A stretch of DNA of 64,000 nucleotides from Woeseiaceae bacterium (GTDB lineage: Bacteria; Pseudomonadota; Gammaproteobacteria; Steroidobacterales; Woeseiaceae), in the NCBI GenBank assembly GCA_965601785.1, contig OZ271838.1, positions 3,698,916-3,762,915 on the forward strand, read 5' to 3'. Below are positions 7,737 to 18,482 of this stretch, in pieces (the first letter of the stretch is position 1; the number at the start of each line of letters is the position of its first letter). Below the pieces are notes generated by a model. It was not told where the DNA came from. It made no database searches and saw nothing but the letters and a program-made list of their open reading frames with translations. Made by a program: the position numbers and the translations under genes.

Positions 7737-9977
7737 ATGTACCGATTGACCAGCACAGGACTCACCCTGTTAACCCTTGCCCTTGTGGCGTGTAGCCCTG
7801 ATAACGGCGCAGATACCGAAGGAGACCCTGCAGTGCCCGACTCCACCTCCAGCGCTTTCCCTGTCGCTGCCCTCGACGCACCGGTCGCGGAGAAGCGACC
7901 CACCGAGATCGAACAGCATGGCGTCAATCGCGTTGATGACTATGCCTGGATGCGCGACGAGGGGTGGCAGGACGTGCTGCGCGATCCGGCGAAGCTCGAC
8001 GACGATATCCGCGAGCACCTCGACGCCGAAAATCGCTTCTACGACGACAGCACCCGGGATCTCGAGTCCTTGCGCGAGTCGCTGTTTGCCGAAATGCGTG
8101 GACGCATCAAGGAAGACGATGCCTCGGTGCCAAGCCCCGATGGCAGGTTCGCCTACTCGGTGCGCTACCGCGAGGGCGGCGAGTACCCGGTGTTCGTACG
8201 TACGCCGCGCGCCGGCGGCGAGGAGACAGTGTTGTTTGACGGCGACCTCGAGGGCAACGGCAAGGACTTCTTTCGCATTCGCTCGGTCGAACACAGCCCG
8301 GACCACACACTGATCGCCTACGGCGTCGATCGCCTTGGCTCCGAGTACTACGACATCCGGATTCGCACGATCGACTCGGGCGAGGAATTCGCCGAGACGC
8401 TGGAATCGACTGACGGCGAAGCGGTGTGGGCCGCGGACTCGAAATCGTTCTACTACGTCGAGCGTGACGATAATCAGCGCCCCAAGCGGGTTCGCCATCA
8501 CAGTCTCGGCACACCGCAATCCGAGGACACACTGGTCTACGAAGAACCCGACGACAGCTTCTTCCTGGGCGTAGGGAAATCGCAAAGCGGCGACTACATC
8601 TTTATCGGCGTCGGCAAAGGCACCTCGAGTGAAGTCCGCTTTCTGCCCGCGGACGCCGCACCGGGCACCGAGCCAACCCTCGTCGCACCGCGCCGTGACA
8701 ATGAGCTCTATTTCGTCGATCACGCCGGCGATTACTTCTATATCCGCACGAACACCGACGACGCCGTCGATTTCAAGATCATCCGCACGCCTGTCGCAAC
8801 CCCGGGGCGTGAGCACTGGGAAGACTGGTTGCCGCACGAAGCGGGCACCTACGTCAACGGTACCGTCCTGTTCGAGGATCGCCTGGTCCGACTCGAGCGC
8901 AGGAACGCGCTGCCGCGCATTGTCGTATCCGATTACGCGCAGGACGAAGTCTTCGACATCGAGTTCGACGAAGCCGCCTATGCGCTCGACCTGCGTGCGG
9001 GCTACGAATTCGCGACGGACACCCTGCGCTTTATCTACGAATCACCGTCGACGCCAGACCAGACCTTCGACTTCGACATGACGAGCCGCGAGCGCACCCT
9101 TAGGAAGACCCTCGAGGTCCCGAGCGGGCACGACCCGTCGCGCTACACGGTCGAGCGACTGTTTGTCGAGGCCGACGACGGCGCGGAGATACCCGTGACC
9201 GTGCTGCGCCTCGCCTCGACGCCTGTCGACGCCACGGCTGCGCTGCTCCTGTACGGCTACGGCAGCTACGGCGCGACGATGGACGCCTCGTTCAACACGA
9301 ATATCCTGTCGCTCGTCGATCGCGGCGTTATCTACGCCGTGGCGCACATTCGCGGCGGTTCGGCCAAGGGCCGCCAGTGGTACCTCGACGGCAAGCTCGA
9401 CAAGAAGAAGAACTCGTTCTCGGACTTCGCTAACGCGGCCGAGACGCTGCAGGAGCGGGGCTACGGCCGTAAGGGCGAGACCGTCATCTACGGCGGCTCG
9501 GCCGGCGGCCTGCTCGTCGGCGCCACGCTGAACCTCAGACCGGATCTGTTTGGCGGCGCCATTGCGGCCGTCCCCTTCGTTGACGTGCTCAACACGATAT
9601 CCGATGCCGAATTGCCGCTGACGCCGCCGGAATGGGTGGAATGGGGCGACCCGATCAACGATCCAGACGCCTATGCGACGATTGCCGCGTACTCGCCGTA
9701 CGACAATATTCGCACTGACATCGACTACCCACCGCTACTTGCCACGGGCGGGCTCACCGACTATCGCGTGACCTACTGGGAGCCGGCGAAGTGGGTTGCG
9801 CGAATGCGTGATGAGGCGTCCGGCGGCCCGTTCTTCCTGAAGATGAACATGGACGCAGGCCACGCCGGCTCGGCAGCGCGCTTCGAACGCCTGAAAGAAC
9901 GCGCGCATGACTACGCGTTCGCGCTCAAGCTCTTCGGTCTCAGCGAGGCGCAACCCATTAGCCACGACGCCTCATAA
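7737..9977 (+). CDS. ptrB: S9 family serine peptidase, oligopeptidase B-like, with lipoprotein-type signal
   Basis: GGSAGG nucleophile motif and a prolyl-oligopeptidase-like C-terminal domain. ATG at 7737 with a GAGG SD gives MYRLTSTGLTLLTLALVAC (lipobox-like). The track start at 7719 is GTG. Confidence 0.8.
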   Translation: MYRLTSTGLTLLTLALVACSPDNGADTEGDPAVPDSTSSAFPVAALDAPVAEKRPTEIEQHGVNRVDDYAWMRDEGWQDVLRDPAKLDDDIREHLDAENRFYDDSTRDLESLRESLFAEMRGRIKEDDASVPSPDGRFAYSVRYREGGEYPVFVRTPRAGGEETVLFDGDLEGNGKDFFRIRSVEHSPDHTLIAYGVDRLGSEYYDIRIRTIDSGEEFAETLESTDGEAVWAADSKSFYYVERDDNQRPKRVRHHSLGTPQSEDTLVYEEPDDSFFLGVGKSQSGDYIFIGVGKGTSSEVRFLPADAAPGTEPTLVAPRRDNELYFVDHAGDYFYIRTNTDDAVDFKIIRTPVATPGREHWEDWLPHEAGTYVNGTVLFEDRLVRLERRNALPRIVVSDYAQDEVFDIEFDEAAYALDLRAGYEFATDTLRFIYESPSTPDQTFDFDMTSRERTLRKTLEVPSGHDPSRYTVERLFVEADDGAEIPVTVLRLASTPVDATAALLLYGYGSYGATMDASFNTNILSLVDRGVIYAVAHIRGGSAKGRQWYLDGKLDKKKNSFSDFANAAETLQERGYGRKGETVIYGGSAGGLLVGATLNLRPDLFGGAIAAVPFVDVLNTISDAELPLTPPEWVEWGDPINDPDAYATIAAYSPYDNIRTDIDYPPLLATGGLTDYRVTYWEPAKWVARMRDEASGGPFFLKMNMDAGHAGSAARFERLKERAHDYAFALKLFGLSEAQPISHDAS

Positions 9978-10040
9978 AGAAGGCGTGAAGGCGGGGCGCC
10001 TACGTGGCTGAAGAAGCCGCGCCCGAAGGGCGCACTGAGG

Positions 10041-10958
10041 CTACGGCACCTCGCGCCCGTTTCGGGCCTCGAACAGCCGGTACCAGTCTTCGCGTGAATA
10101 CTCGATGTCGAAGGCACGCACCGCGGTTGCTATGCGCGCCGGTGTCGTCGAGCCGATGATCGGCGCGATACCGGACGGATGCCGCAGTAGCCAGGCAAGC
10201 GGGACGAGCCAGCGCTCGACACCGTACGCCGCCGCCTGCCGGTCCAGCTCGCGGTCAATGCGCGCGCGATCATCGGCAGTGAACGTGTTGCCCCAGGCCT
10301 CGGTAATACTGCCGGCCAGTGGCGACCATGCCTGCGGCGTCATGCCGCGACGCCGGCAGCTCGACAGCGTACCGTCCGTCAACGCTGCGACGCGATGCAG
10401 GTTGATCTCTACCTGGTTGGCGACGAGCGTAACCTGCGCCGCGAGCAGATCGATGTCAGCCGGCGAGAAATTGCTCACGCCGAAGTAGCGGACCTTGCCA
10501 GCAGCCGCCAGCGCATCGAAAGCCGCTGCCACTTCGTCAGCATCCATCAGGTAGTCCGGCCGGTGCAGCAACAGCAGATCAAGCCGATCGGTCCCCAGCC
10601 GTCGCAGCGAACCTTCGACGCTCGCGACGATGTGGCGCTCTGACAGGTCGTAGCGCTTGGGGCTCCGGGACGCCGGGTCACCACTGAAGCGGACGCCGCA
10701 TTTGCCAACGAGAAACAGCTCGTCACGAAGTCGGGGCGCACCCGCCAGGACCTCGCCGAACAGGCGCTCGCACGCACCGCCTGCGTAGATATCGGCATGG
10801 TCGAACGCCGTGTAGCCGGCGTCGAGCGCCGTGCTGATCGCCGCCTTGCCGCGCGCCCTGCCCTCGGCCGACCCGTCACCGATCAGGCGCATGCAGCCGT
10901 AGATCAGCCGCGAGTGCGTGGCGCCATCGCTGCCCACCCTGACGGTCTGCATGCTCAT
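10041..10958 (-). CDS. Aldo/keto reductase
   Basis: AKR-like sequence (FDHADIYAGG..CE..FG). First ATG at 10958; the track start at 10988 is GTG. Confidence 0.8.
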   Translation of the reverse strand: MSMQTVRVGSDGATHSRLIYGCMRLIGDGSAEGRARGKAAISTALDAGYTAFDHADIYAGGACERLFGEVLAGAPRLRDELFLVGKCGVRFSGDPASRSPKRYDLSERHIVASVEGSLRRLGTDRLDLLLLHRPDYLMDADEVAAAFDALAAAGKVRYFGVSNFSPADIDLLAAQVTLVANQVEINLHRVAALTDGTLSSCRRRGMTPQAWSPLAGSITEAWGNTFTADDRARIDRELDRQAAAYGVERWLVPLAWLLRHPSGIAPIIGSTTPARIATAVRAFDIEYSREDWYRLFEARNGREVP

Positions 10959-10987
10959 AGCCGGTTTGCGCGTAGTGCTGACAGGCA

Positions 10988-12466
10988 CTAGTCCTCGATG
11001 CCGCCCATGAGCAGGTACTTGATCTCGAGGTAGTCATCGAGGCCGTACTTCGAGCCCTCGCGACCCTGGCCCGACTCCTTGATGCCGCCGAAGGGTGCCA
11101 TCTCGTTCGATACGACGCCTTCGTTGATGCCAACCATGCCGTACTCGAGCGCCTCGGCAACACGCCAGATGCGACCGATGTCCCGCGCATAGAAGTACGC
11201 GGCCAGGCCAACGTTGGTGTCATTGGCCTGTCGAACGACCTCCTCCTCGGTAGCGAAACGCATGACCGGCGCAACCGGGCCGAAAATCTCTTCGCGGAAT
11301 ACGCGCATGCCGGCATCCACGTCGACGAGCAGCGTCGGCTCAATGTAATTGGCACCGTTGGCAGCGCGCGCACCGCCTGCGACCACCGTTGCGCCCCTCG
11401 CCGTCGCATCCTCGACGAGCTCGAGCACATCGTTCGCCGCAGACTCGCTAATCAGGGGGCCAAGGTCGACCGCATCGTCGCTGCCTTTACCAAGCCTGAG
11501 CCCGGCAATGCCCGCGTTGAACTTCTCGACGAAGGCATCGTAGATGCCGTCCTGGACGAAAATACGGTTAGCGCAGACGCAGGTTTGCCCGGCGTTCCTG
11601 AACTTCGCCAGCAGCGCTCCCGCGACCGCCTTGTCGAGATCGGCGTCGTCGAAAACAATGAACGGCGCGTTGCCCCCAAGCTCCATCGAGGTCCGCTTGA
11701 CGGTACCGGCGCACTGGGCCATGAGCAGCTTGCCGACCTCGGTCGAACCCGTGAAGGTCAGCTTGCGCACGACAGGATTCGACGTCAGCTCGGCGCCGAT
11801 CGCCGCGGTGTGTCCACCGACAATGTTGATGACACCGGGCGGTATACCGACGCGCTGCGCAAGCTCCGCAAGGGCCAGTGCCGACAGCGGCGTCTCGTTA
11901 GCCGGCTTGCAGACCACCGTGCAGCCGGCTGCGAGCGCGGGCGCGATCTTGCGGGCCAGCATGGCGTTCGGAAAATTCCATGGCGTGATGCACGCGACGA
12001 CGCCGACGGGCTCCCGGGTAATGACGATGCGCTTATCGCCGGCAGGTGCCGGTATCGTGTCGCCATAGACGCGCTTCGCCTCCTCGGCAAACCACTCGAT
12101 GTAGCTGGCACCGTAGGCCACCTCGGCGCGCGCCTCGGCAAGCGGCTTGCCCATCTCTGCCGTGACGATCCGAGCGAGGTCCTCATGGTTCAGGCGACAG
12201 AGCTCGTACCAGCGGCGTAATAACGCGGCCCGCTCTTTCGCAGGCACGCGTCGCCATTGCTCGAGCGCGGTCTCGGCCGCCGCAATGGCACGTGCCGTTT
12301 CATCCCGGCCGCAACAGGCTACGCTCGCGAGTGTTGTGCCCGTGGCGGGATCGTCGACATCGAAGGTCGTTTTGTCGTCGGCGTCGACCCACTCCCCGCC
12401 AATCAGCGCCTGACTGCGGACAAGGCTCGGATCCTCGAGGGCAACGCCGTCGATGCCGGCGGCCAC
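10988..12466 (-). CDS. gabD: NAD(P)-dependent succinate-semialdehyde dehydrogenase
   Basis: Aldehyde dehydrogenase motifs ELGGNAP and [13 protein letters not shown] start at 12466 is chosen because the upstream gene stops at 12471; the longer track ORF would overlap it. Confidence 0.75.
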   Translation of the reverse strand: MAAGIDGVALEDPSLVRSQALIGGEWVDADDKTTFDVDDPATGTTLASVACCGRDETARAIAAAETALEQWRRVPAKERAALLRRWYELCRLNHEDLARIVTAEMGKPLAEARAEVAYGASYIEWFAEEAKRVYGDTIPAPAGDKRIVITREPVGVVACITPWNFPNAMLARKIAPALAAGCTVVCKPANETPLSALALAELAQRVGIPPGVINIVGGHTAAIGAELTSNPVVRKLTFTGSTEVGKLLMAQCAGTVKRTSMELGGNAPFIVFDDADLDKAVAGALLAKFRNAGQTCVCANRIFVQDGIYDAFVEKFNAGIAGLRLGKGSDDAVDLGPLISESAANDVLELVEDATARGATVVAGGARAANGANYIEPTLLVDVDAGMRVFREEIFGPVAPVMRFATEEEVVRQANDTNVGLAAYFYARDIGRIWRVAEALEYGMVGINEGVVSNEMAPFGGIKESGQGREGSKYGLDDYLEIKYLLMGGIED

Positions 12467-12470
12467 GCGG

Positions 12471-12950
12471 CTAGCGGGGTACACGAACGGCCGAGGCGAC
12501 GAAGGTGAACTGCGGGCCGCTAGCCAGTCCCGTCGCCTCGCCGACATCGGCATCGTAGTGTTCAGCGTCTTCCTCGCTGACGGCGACGCGCTCGAGGACA
12601 CCCTCGAACGTGACCTCTTTGCCGCCCGAATCGGTCGGGATGAAGAAACTGTAGTCCCGGAAGCTGACCCGAACCACGCTGCCCGCGTCTTTCGCAATGA
12701 AGAAACAGCCCTTCTTCTGGCATACCTGGCTCACCCTGGCGGTGACGAGAACCGGACTGTCGACGTATCGATCAGCGTCAGCGAGCACCTCGGAAAGTGC
12801 CAGCGTCGGCGTCCCGGCGGTCAGGGGCGCGCCGAAGGTCTCGGACTCGGCATCGCTCGCCACGGGCTCGGAGAGGCGTACAACGCCGCCATCGGCAGCA
12901 GCCTGAGTGACAAGGAGAACGGTGAGCAGGGCCAGGCTGTGAAATCGCAT
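12471..12950 (-). CDS. Secreted hypothetical protein (DUF4920-like)
   Basis: ATG at 12950 with a GAGAGGA SD, a signal peptide, and a CQKKGCFF motif reminiscent of DUF4920. Confidence 0.5.
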   Translation of the reverse strand: MRFHSLALLTVLLVTQAAADGGVVRLSEPVASDAESETFGAPLTAGTPTLALSEVLADADRYVDSPVLVTARVSQVCQKKGCFFIAKDAGSVVRVSFRDYSFFIPTDSGGKEVTFEGVLERVAVSEEDAEHYDADVGEATGLASGPQFTFVASAVRVPR

Positions 12951-13045
12951 GGTCGGGTCCTCTCGGGGCAAATCCGGATTCTACCGCGCAGGGCCTGCCC
13001 GTGCCGGGTGCTAATCGGGTTACGGATTCGGCTACACTTCCGGCC

Positions 13046-14107
13046 ATGGCTCATCCCCGCGTCCTGATCGATGTTGAACGTATCCGCCAGCCCAACTCCG
13101 GGCTCGGCCAGGTCGCGCTACATCTGGTCGGCGAATACCTCAAGAACCCGCCGGATGATTTCGAACCGGTGTTCCTCATGCCTGAAGACAGGCTGGGTCA
13201 TTTCGACGCGACCTTCGACTACGAAGTGCCCACCTGGAAGCGACGCTACGCGCGCGCTCTGGCGCCCGAATACGACCTGTGGCACATGCTGCATCAGGAC
13301 GCGAGCTACCTGCCGGGGCCGAAGACGCCCTACATCCTGACGATCAACGACCTCAACTTCCTGTTCGAGAAAAGCGAAGGCAAGGCACAGAAGCGGCTCA
13401 GGAAGGTACAGCGGCTCGTCGATGGCGCCGTGGCGCTGACCGTCATCTCCGAGTTCACGGGCAGCGTCGTCCGCGAACACCTGGACGTTGGCGACAAGCC
13501 ACTGTCCGTTGTGTACATCGGGCTTGGCAACGACCCGTCCGAGCCGGGCACCCGGCCTGACTTTGCGCCCGATGAGCCGTTCCTGTTTAACGTAGGCGTC
13601 GTCCGCCGCAAGAAGAACCAGCATGTACTGGTGGACTTTCTCGCCCGCATCGACGACCTGAAGCTCGTGATTGCAGGCAACATCAAGGACGACTACGCCG
13701 ACGAGATCCAGGACCGCGCCCGCACGCTGGGCATTGCCGATCGACTCATCATGCCCGGTGAAATCGAGGAGGCGCACAAGTCCTGGCTGTTCCGCAACTC
13801 GGAAGCTTTTGTCTTCCCGTCGCTCTACGAGGGCTTCGGGCTACCCGTGGCTGAAGCAATGAGCCACGGCAAGCCGACCTTCACCTCGACCCGCAGCAGC
13901 CTCCCGGAAGTGGGCGGTGAGGATGTCTTCTACTGGGATGACTTCGACCCGGACGCCATGGCCAGCGTGTTTACCGACGGCATGCGGGCATTTCATGACG
14001 ATCCAGGGCGCAGCGAACGCCTGCAAAAGCGCGCCGCGAGCTTCTCCTGGGCGAACTGCGTCAGCCAGTACGCAAAGCTATATCGGCAGTACTGGCGGTC
14101 CCGCTAG
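13046..14107 (+). CDS. Glycosyltransferase family 4 (GT-B fold)
   Basis: C-terminal FPSLYEGFGLPVAEAM (E-x7-E) motif. Internal ATG at 13046. Confidence 0.75.
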   Translation: MAHPRVLIDVERIRQPNSGLGQVALHLVGEYLKNPPDDFEPVFLMPEDRLGHFDATFDYEVPTWKRRYARALAPEYDLWHMLHQDASYLPGPKTPYILTINDLNFLFEKSEGKAQKRLRKVQRLVDGAVALTVISEFTGSVVREHLDVGDKPLSVVYIGLGNDPSEPGTRPDFAPDEPFLFNVGVVRRKKNQHVLVDFLARIDDLKLVIAGNIKDDYADEIQDRARTLGIADRLIMPGEIEEAHKSWLFRNSEAFVFPSLYEGFGLPVAEAMSHGKPTFTSTRSSLPEVGGEDVFYWDDFDPDAMASVFTDGMRAFHDDPGRSERLQKRAASFSWANCVSQYAKLYRQYWRSR

Positions 14108-14132
14108 GACGACTCTGCACGAGTCCCGGGCG

Positions 14133-14981
14133 CTACCAGCTCGCGTGGTCGATCGTGGCCGCCGCCTTCATCTTCGGCGCTTCTTCCCCGAGATATCGGT
14201 CGATCAGGTGGTGCGCCAGATAGATCAGCGGCGTCATGAGAATGGCGGCCAGGAACTTGTAGCTGTAGTTGAGCGAGCCCACCGCGAGGAAAAGGTCCGT
14301 GCCCCATTGCGCGGGCCCGATGACAAACGCGATATACAGCACCACGAAGCTGTCGACGAATTGCGAAACCAGCGTTGAACCGGTTGCCCTGAGCCAAATG
14401 TATCGTTCGCCGGTGATACGTCGCACGCGATGGTAAACCGCCACGTCGAGCAGCTGGCCAATCAGGAAGGCGATGAGAGAGCCGGCGATGACCCAGAGAC
14501 CCTGGCCGAATATGCCGGCAAACGCAGCCTGCATGTCAGGGATACCCTGGCCCTGATAAGAGCCGACCCACCAGTCTGCGGGTACCGCGCGAATGGCCGC
14601 GAAAGCGAAGATAAAGGCGTAGACGATGAACAGGACGGTGAGGTAAGAGATGAAGCGTACGCCGCGCCGACCGTAGTACTCGTTGATAACGTCCGTCATC
14701 ACAAAGACGAACGGCCAGAGCAACACGCCTGCCGTGAAGTTCAGCGACCCCGTCTGGCCGAACAGCTGCCAGTTGAGGGGCTCGAGGCCCAGCGTCGGCT
14801 CGAGTGCGAAGATCTTGATGCCGACAAACTCGGCAAGGATGGCGTTGGTCAGGAAGAAGCCCGCAAGTACGACGAACAGCTTGCCTGACTTGTCGGAATT
14901 GAGTTTCACGGCGCTGTTACCGGGTCCAAAGGTTTCGGCAGACTGCCAGCCGGCAGGCGGCAATGCCAGCGGCAGTGACAT
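14133..14981 (-). CDS. yhhQ: Queuosine-precursor transporter, YhhQ/VUT (DUF165) family
   Basis: Polytopic protein resembling YhhQ. The start is uncertain: ATG at 14981, GTG at 15011 in the track. It is head-to-head with asmA. Confidence 0.65.
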   Translation of the reverse strand: MSLPLALPPAGWQSAETFGPGNSAVKLNSDKSGKLFVVLAGFFLTNAILAEFVGIKIFALEPTLGLEPLNWQLFGQTGSLNFTAGVLLWPFVFVMTDVINEYYGRRGVRFISYLTVLFIVYAFIFAFAAIRAVPADWWVGSYQGQGIPDMQAAFAGIFGQGLWVIAGSLIAFLIGQLLDVAVYHRVRRITGERYIWLRATGSTLVSQFVDSFVVLYIAFVIGPAQWGTDLFLAVGSLNYSYKFLAAILMTPLIYLAHHLIDRYLGEEAPKMKAAATIDHASW

Positions 14982-15023
14982 TCCGATACGTCTGCTATGC
15001 TTTTCGCTCACTGAGGGGAAACA

Positions 15024-18000
15024 ATGCGCACGCGAAGCCTGCGATTCTGGGTACTGCTGGCTGCCATCGCGGCGCTCGTCCTCGGCTGGAGCTGGCTACT
15101 CGTCAGCGACTTCCGAATGGCGGGTCCGCATATCGAACGCTGGGTAACCAAGAAGACCGGGCGCGAATTAACGATTGGCGGCGGATTCTCGCTGGATCTC
15201 GGCAGCACGATAATCATCTCGGTGCGGGACGTTCGCTTTGCCAACGCTGCCTGGGCAGAGCGCGACGCACTCCTCGAACTCGGCCATGCCGAGATCCACC
15301 TGGCGCTCGGTTCCCTGCTCAACCCACCGATCATTATCGAACAGGCCTTCATCGACGACGTACGAATCAATCTCGAGGAGCGCGAAGACGGTACGACGAG
15401 CTGGGCACTCGAGGAGGATGCCGAGGAAAGCGCTGACGCCGACAACGACGCAGAAGATGCGCCGCTTCTGCTCCTCAACGGGTTGCTGCAGAATCTCGAG
15501 CTCGACTACCGGACGCCAACGCGTGCAAAGCCCGTCAGCCTGGTCGTTAGTTCGCTCCGGCAGTCGAAGGATGCCGAGGAGAACCTGACGCTGTCGGCGA
15601 ACGGCACACTTGGAGAGAGCAGCGTCTCGATTGAGGGCATGGTCGGCACCTGGAACGCCCTGCTCGCCGGCGAGGGCGTTGCCTACGATCTGAAGACCCG
15701 CATTGATGAGATCTCGATCGAAAGTGCAGGCACGATCGACAGCCTCACTGCGCCGAACAAGCCAGCGCTTAGCTTCAGCGCCAGCGGGCCGGATATCAAC
15801 ACCCTGCTCGAGGCACTGTCGCTCGAGGCCAGCGGCTCCGGCGACATTTCTCTCGAGGGTTCGCTGGCCGAGACGCCCGACGGCGATATGGGCCTCGACG
15901 TGGCTGGCAACGTCGGCCGCATGACCGTAGCGGCGACGGCGCGCTTCGCAAGCCTCGGTGACTTCAGTCACATCGACGCCGACCTCGAGGCGAGCGGTCC
16001 CGACCTGAAGCGCGTCCTTGCGATTGCCGGTATAGACTGGATTCAAAGTGCGCCGTTCGACATCGAGGCAGACCTTGTGCGCGACGGTCCACGACTCGAC
16101 ATCACAAACTCGACACTGCGCTACGCTGACACGACGCTGTCGCTTGCGGCTTCGTTGCCCGGATTTCCGGCTGTCGACAACGGCAGCATCGAGGTCGCGA
16201 TCGAAGGCCCGGACCTGGCACGGCTTCGCGACCTTGTCGGGCTCCCCGGCGTCGCGACGGGACCGTTTTCCGGCAACTTCACGCTTGCCGTCGACGCCGA
16301 GCAACGCGAGCGCTTTGAACTGGCTGTGGAAACCACACAGATAAAACTCGGCGGTTCCGGCGAGGTGCTGGGCGGTGATACGTTCGAGGGCACGACAGCC
16401 GAAGTCGAACTGGAGGTTAACGACCTGGCGGCGACCCTCGCCGCCTGGCATATCGACATTGGCAATCCGCCAGCCGCAGCGGCGCGCGCCGCCGGCACGA
16501 TCCGGTACACGGGCAGCGCTATCGAGCTACCCATACCGCTGGTCGTGCGCTACGCCGGGATCGAAGCGACCATGGATGGCACCGTGGAACTCGGCCGCGA
16601 GGGCATCGTGGGGAGCAAGCTCGGCTTCGACGTGGCAGGCGACAACCTGCGTCGCGTAACCGATGTATTCACGTCAACGGAATACGTGCCTGACCGGGCC
16701 TTCGCGCTCGCCGGCCGATTGGGCGTCGAAAGCGCTCACTTCGCACTGTCGAATCTCAGCGGCACCGTGGGTGACGCACACCTGGCCGGCAGCGCGCGTA
16801 TCGTCCCGAACGCCGGACTTGCCGGCAGTCGCATCGACTTCAGCGTTGAAGGCGACGACTTCACCGAACTCGTGTCGCACCTGTCTAATGTCGAGGTTGC
16901 TGCAGGACCTTACTCGGTGACGGGCGGGGTCGATTTTTCAGCCGAGACGCTCGGCCTCGATGCGGTCACGCTGACGCGACCCGGGGCACGGGTCGCCGCG
17001 ACCGTCGACATTGGCCTCACGGCAGAGCAACAGACCATTCGCTTCGACGTTGAAGGCAAGGGTGGTGACATTAACCGCCTGTTGCAGAACACCGGCGCCA
17101 TCGAACTGAGCCCTTTACCTTTCGAGCTCGACGCGAAAGGTCAGAGCACCAACCTCGCGTTCCAGTTCGACTCCCTGAGCGTCGTCGTCGGCGACGCACG
17201 ATTGAACGCAAGCGGCGGCGTGAATCTCGAGAAGGGCGCGCAACGGAGCGATCTCCGAGTCACCGTTGACGTACCCGACGTCAGCGCGCTGGGCGCAGTC
17301 GAAGGCCGTCGCCTCAAGGCGCAGCCCATGAACCTTTCCGCTTCGGTGCGAAGCGAAAACGGGAGTCTGGACATTGGTGACCTCACGGTTCAGACAGCGG
17401 AAAGTGACCTTGCCGGACGGGTCCTGTTTACCCCCGGTGACACCCCGCGGCTCGACGTAGACCTTCGCTCGAACACCATCCTGTTCGCACCCTTCCGTGA
17501 CCCGCCCGAAGTAAAGGACTATGACCCGGAGCCCGACTTCGAAGATGGACGCCTGATCCCGAAGGTGGAGCTGCCGCTCGATTTCATCCGCGGCCACGAG
17601 GGCAGCGTCTCGCTTGAAATCGGGCGCTTCATCTTCCGGGAGGCGACGCTGCGCGACGTGATGCTTCAGGGCGAGCTCGTTGATGGTCGGCTGTCGCTGG
17701 ACGAAATGGCGTTCCTGGCACCGTCCGGTGCGCTCAGGGCGACCGCGGCCCTGGATGCAAGCGCTGACGTCGGCCAGATAGAACTGGAGGCCGTTGCACG
17801 CAACCTTGCCTTCGGCCTGTCGCAAAGCAATCGCGACCTCGCGATGACCAACGATCTCGACGTCAATCTAGACGCCAGCGGGAACAGTCTGCGCGAGCTT
17901 GCCGCCACGTTGAACGGCATTCTCTACCTAAACGTAAGCGGTGGCCGAATTGCCAATTCGGGCTGGATCCGCGCGATCTACGGCAATCTCCTCGACGAGA

Positions 18001-18479
18001 TTCTGTCGACGATCAACCCTTTTGCCAAGACCGATCCCTTTACCGCGCTCGAGTGCGTCGTCGTGCCTGGCGAGTTCACGAACGGCAGGTTGACCGGGCA
18101 ACCGGGCTCTTTCGTACGCACAGACAAGGTCAACTTCTCACTCAAGTCCAATATCAACCTCGAGAACGAGCGCATTGATATCGGTATTCGCACAACCCCG
18201 CGGCGGATGCTGTCCATCAGTGCGGCCGAGCTCGTGAATCCCTACGTGAAAGTCGTCGGCAAATTGGCGGCACCGACTCTCGCCGTCGACGAAAAGGGCG
18301 TGCTAGTCACCGGCGGCGCCGCGGTGGCTACCGGCGGACTCTCGTTGCTCGCTAAAGCGGCCCTCGACCGCCTGTCGAAATCCGGCGACCCCTGCGCGAC
18401 TGCGCGCGAGAATGCCGTCAAGGCTCTCAGCGACCGCTTCCCCGATCTCGAGCTACCGGAGGCGGACCCCCTGCCGTAA
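15024..18479 (+). CDS. AsmA family outer-membrane biogenesis protein
   Basis: 1151 aa with an N-terminal TM anchor, then a long repetitive beta-rich region typical of AsmA/TamB-like proteins. GAGGGGA SD upstream. Confidence 0.7.
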   Translation: MRTRSLRFWVLLAAIAALVLGWSWLLVSDFRMAGPHIERWVTKKTGRELTIGGGFSLDLGSTIIISVRDVRFANAAWAERDALLELGHAEIHLALGSLLNPPIIIEQAFIDDVRINLEEREDGTTSWALEEDAEESADADNDAEDAPLLLLNGLLQNLELDYRTPTRAKPVSLVVSSLRQSKDAEENLTLSANGTLGESSVSIEGMVGTWNALLAGEGVAYDLKTRIDEISIESAGTIDSLTAPNKPALSFSASGPDINTLLEALSLEASGSGDISLEGSLAETPDGDMGLDVAGNVGRMTVAATARFASLGDFSHIDADLEASGPDLKRVLAIAGIDWIQSAPFDIEADLVRDGPRLDITNSTLRYADTTLSLAASLPGFPAVDNGSIEVAIEGPDLARLRDLVGLPGVATGPFSGNFTLAVDAEQRERFELAVETTQIKLGGSGEVLGGDTFEGTTAEVELEVNDLAATLAAWHIDIGNPPAAAARAAGTIRYTGSAIELPIPLVVRYAGIEATMDGTVELGREGIVGSKLGFDVAGDNLRRVTDVFTSTEYVPDRAFALAGRLGVESAHFALSNLSGTVGDAHLAGSARIVPNAGLAGSRIDFSVEGDDFTELVSHLSNVEVAAGPYSVTGGVDFSAETLGLDAVTLTRPGARVAATVDIGLTAEQQTIRFDVEGKGGDINRLLQNTGAIELSPLPFELDAKGQSTNLAFQFDSLSVVVGDARLNASGGVNLEKGAQRSDLRVTVDVPDVSALGAVEGRRLKAQPMNLSASVRSENGSLDIGDLTVQTAESDLAGRVLFTPGDTPRLDVDLRSNTILFAPFRDPPEVKDYDPEPDFEDGRLIPKVELPLDFIRGHEGSVSLEIGRFIFREATLRDVMLQGELVDGRLSLDEMAFLAPSGALRATAALDASADVGQIELEAVARNLAFGLSQSNRDLAMTNDLDVNLDASGNSLRELAATLNGILYLNVSGGRIANSGWIRAIYGNLLDEILSTINPFAKTDPFTALECVVVPGEFTNGRLTGQPGSFVRTDKVNFSLKSNINLENERIDIGIRTTPRRMLSISAAELVNPYVKVVGKLAAPTLAVDEKGVLVTGGAAVATGGLSLLAKAALDRLSKSGDPCATARENAVKALSDRFPDLELPEADPLP

Positions 18480-18482
18480 GCC

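Noticed and set aside
7770-8837. 355-aa minus-strand ORF inside the oligopeptidase B gene.
   Set aside because: It is antisense to a gene with clear S9 peptidase motifs, has no recognisable domain, and has the composition of a GC-frame artefact.
10019-10033. Hairpin GCGCCC-GAA-GGGCGC between the convergent ptrB and aldo/keto reductase genes.
   Set aside because: It has only a 6-bp stem, a 3-nt loop and no U-tract on either strand, so it is too weak to call a terminator.
15168-16451. 427-aa minus-strand ORF inside asmA.
   Set aside because: It is antisense to the 1151-aa AsmA ORF, is Arg-rich and has no motifs.
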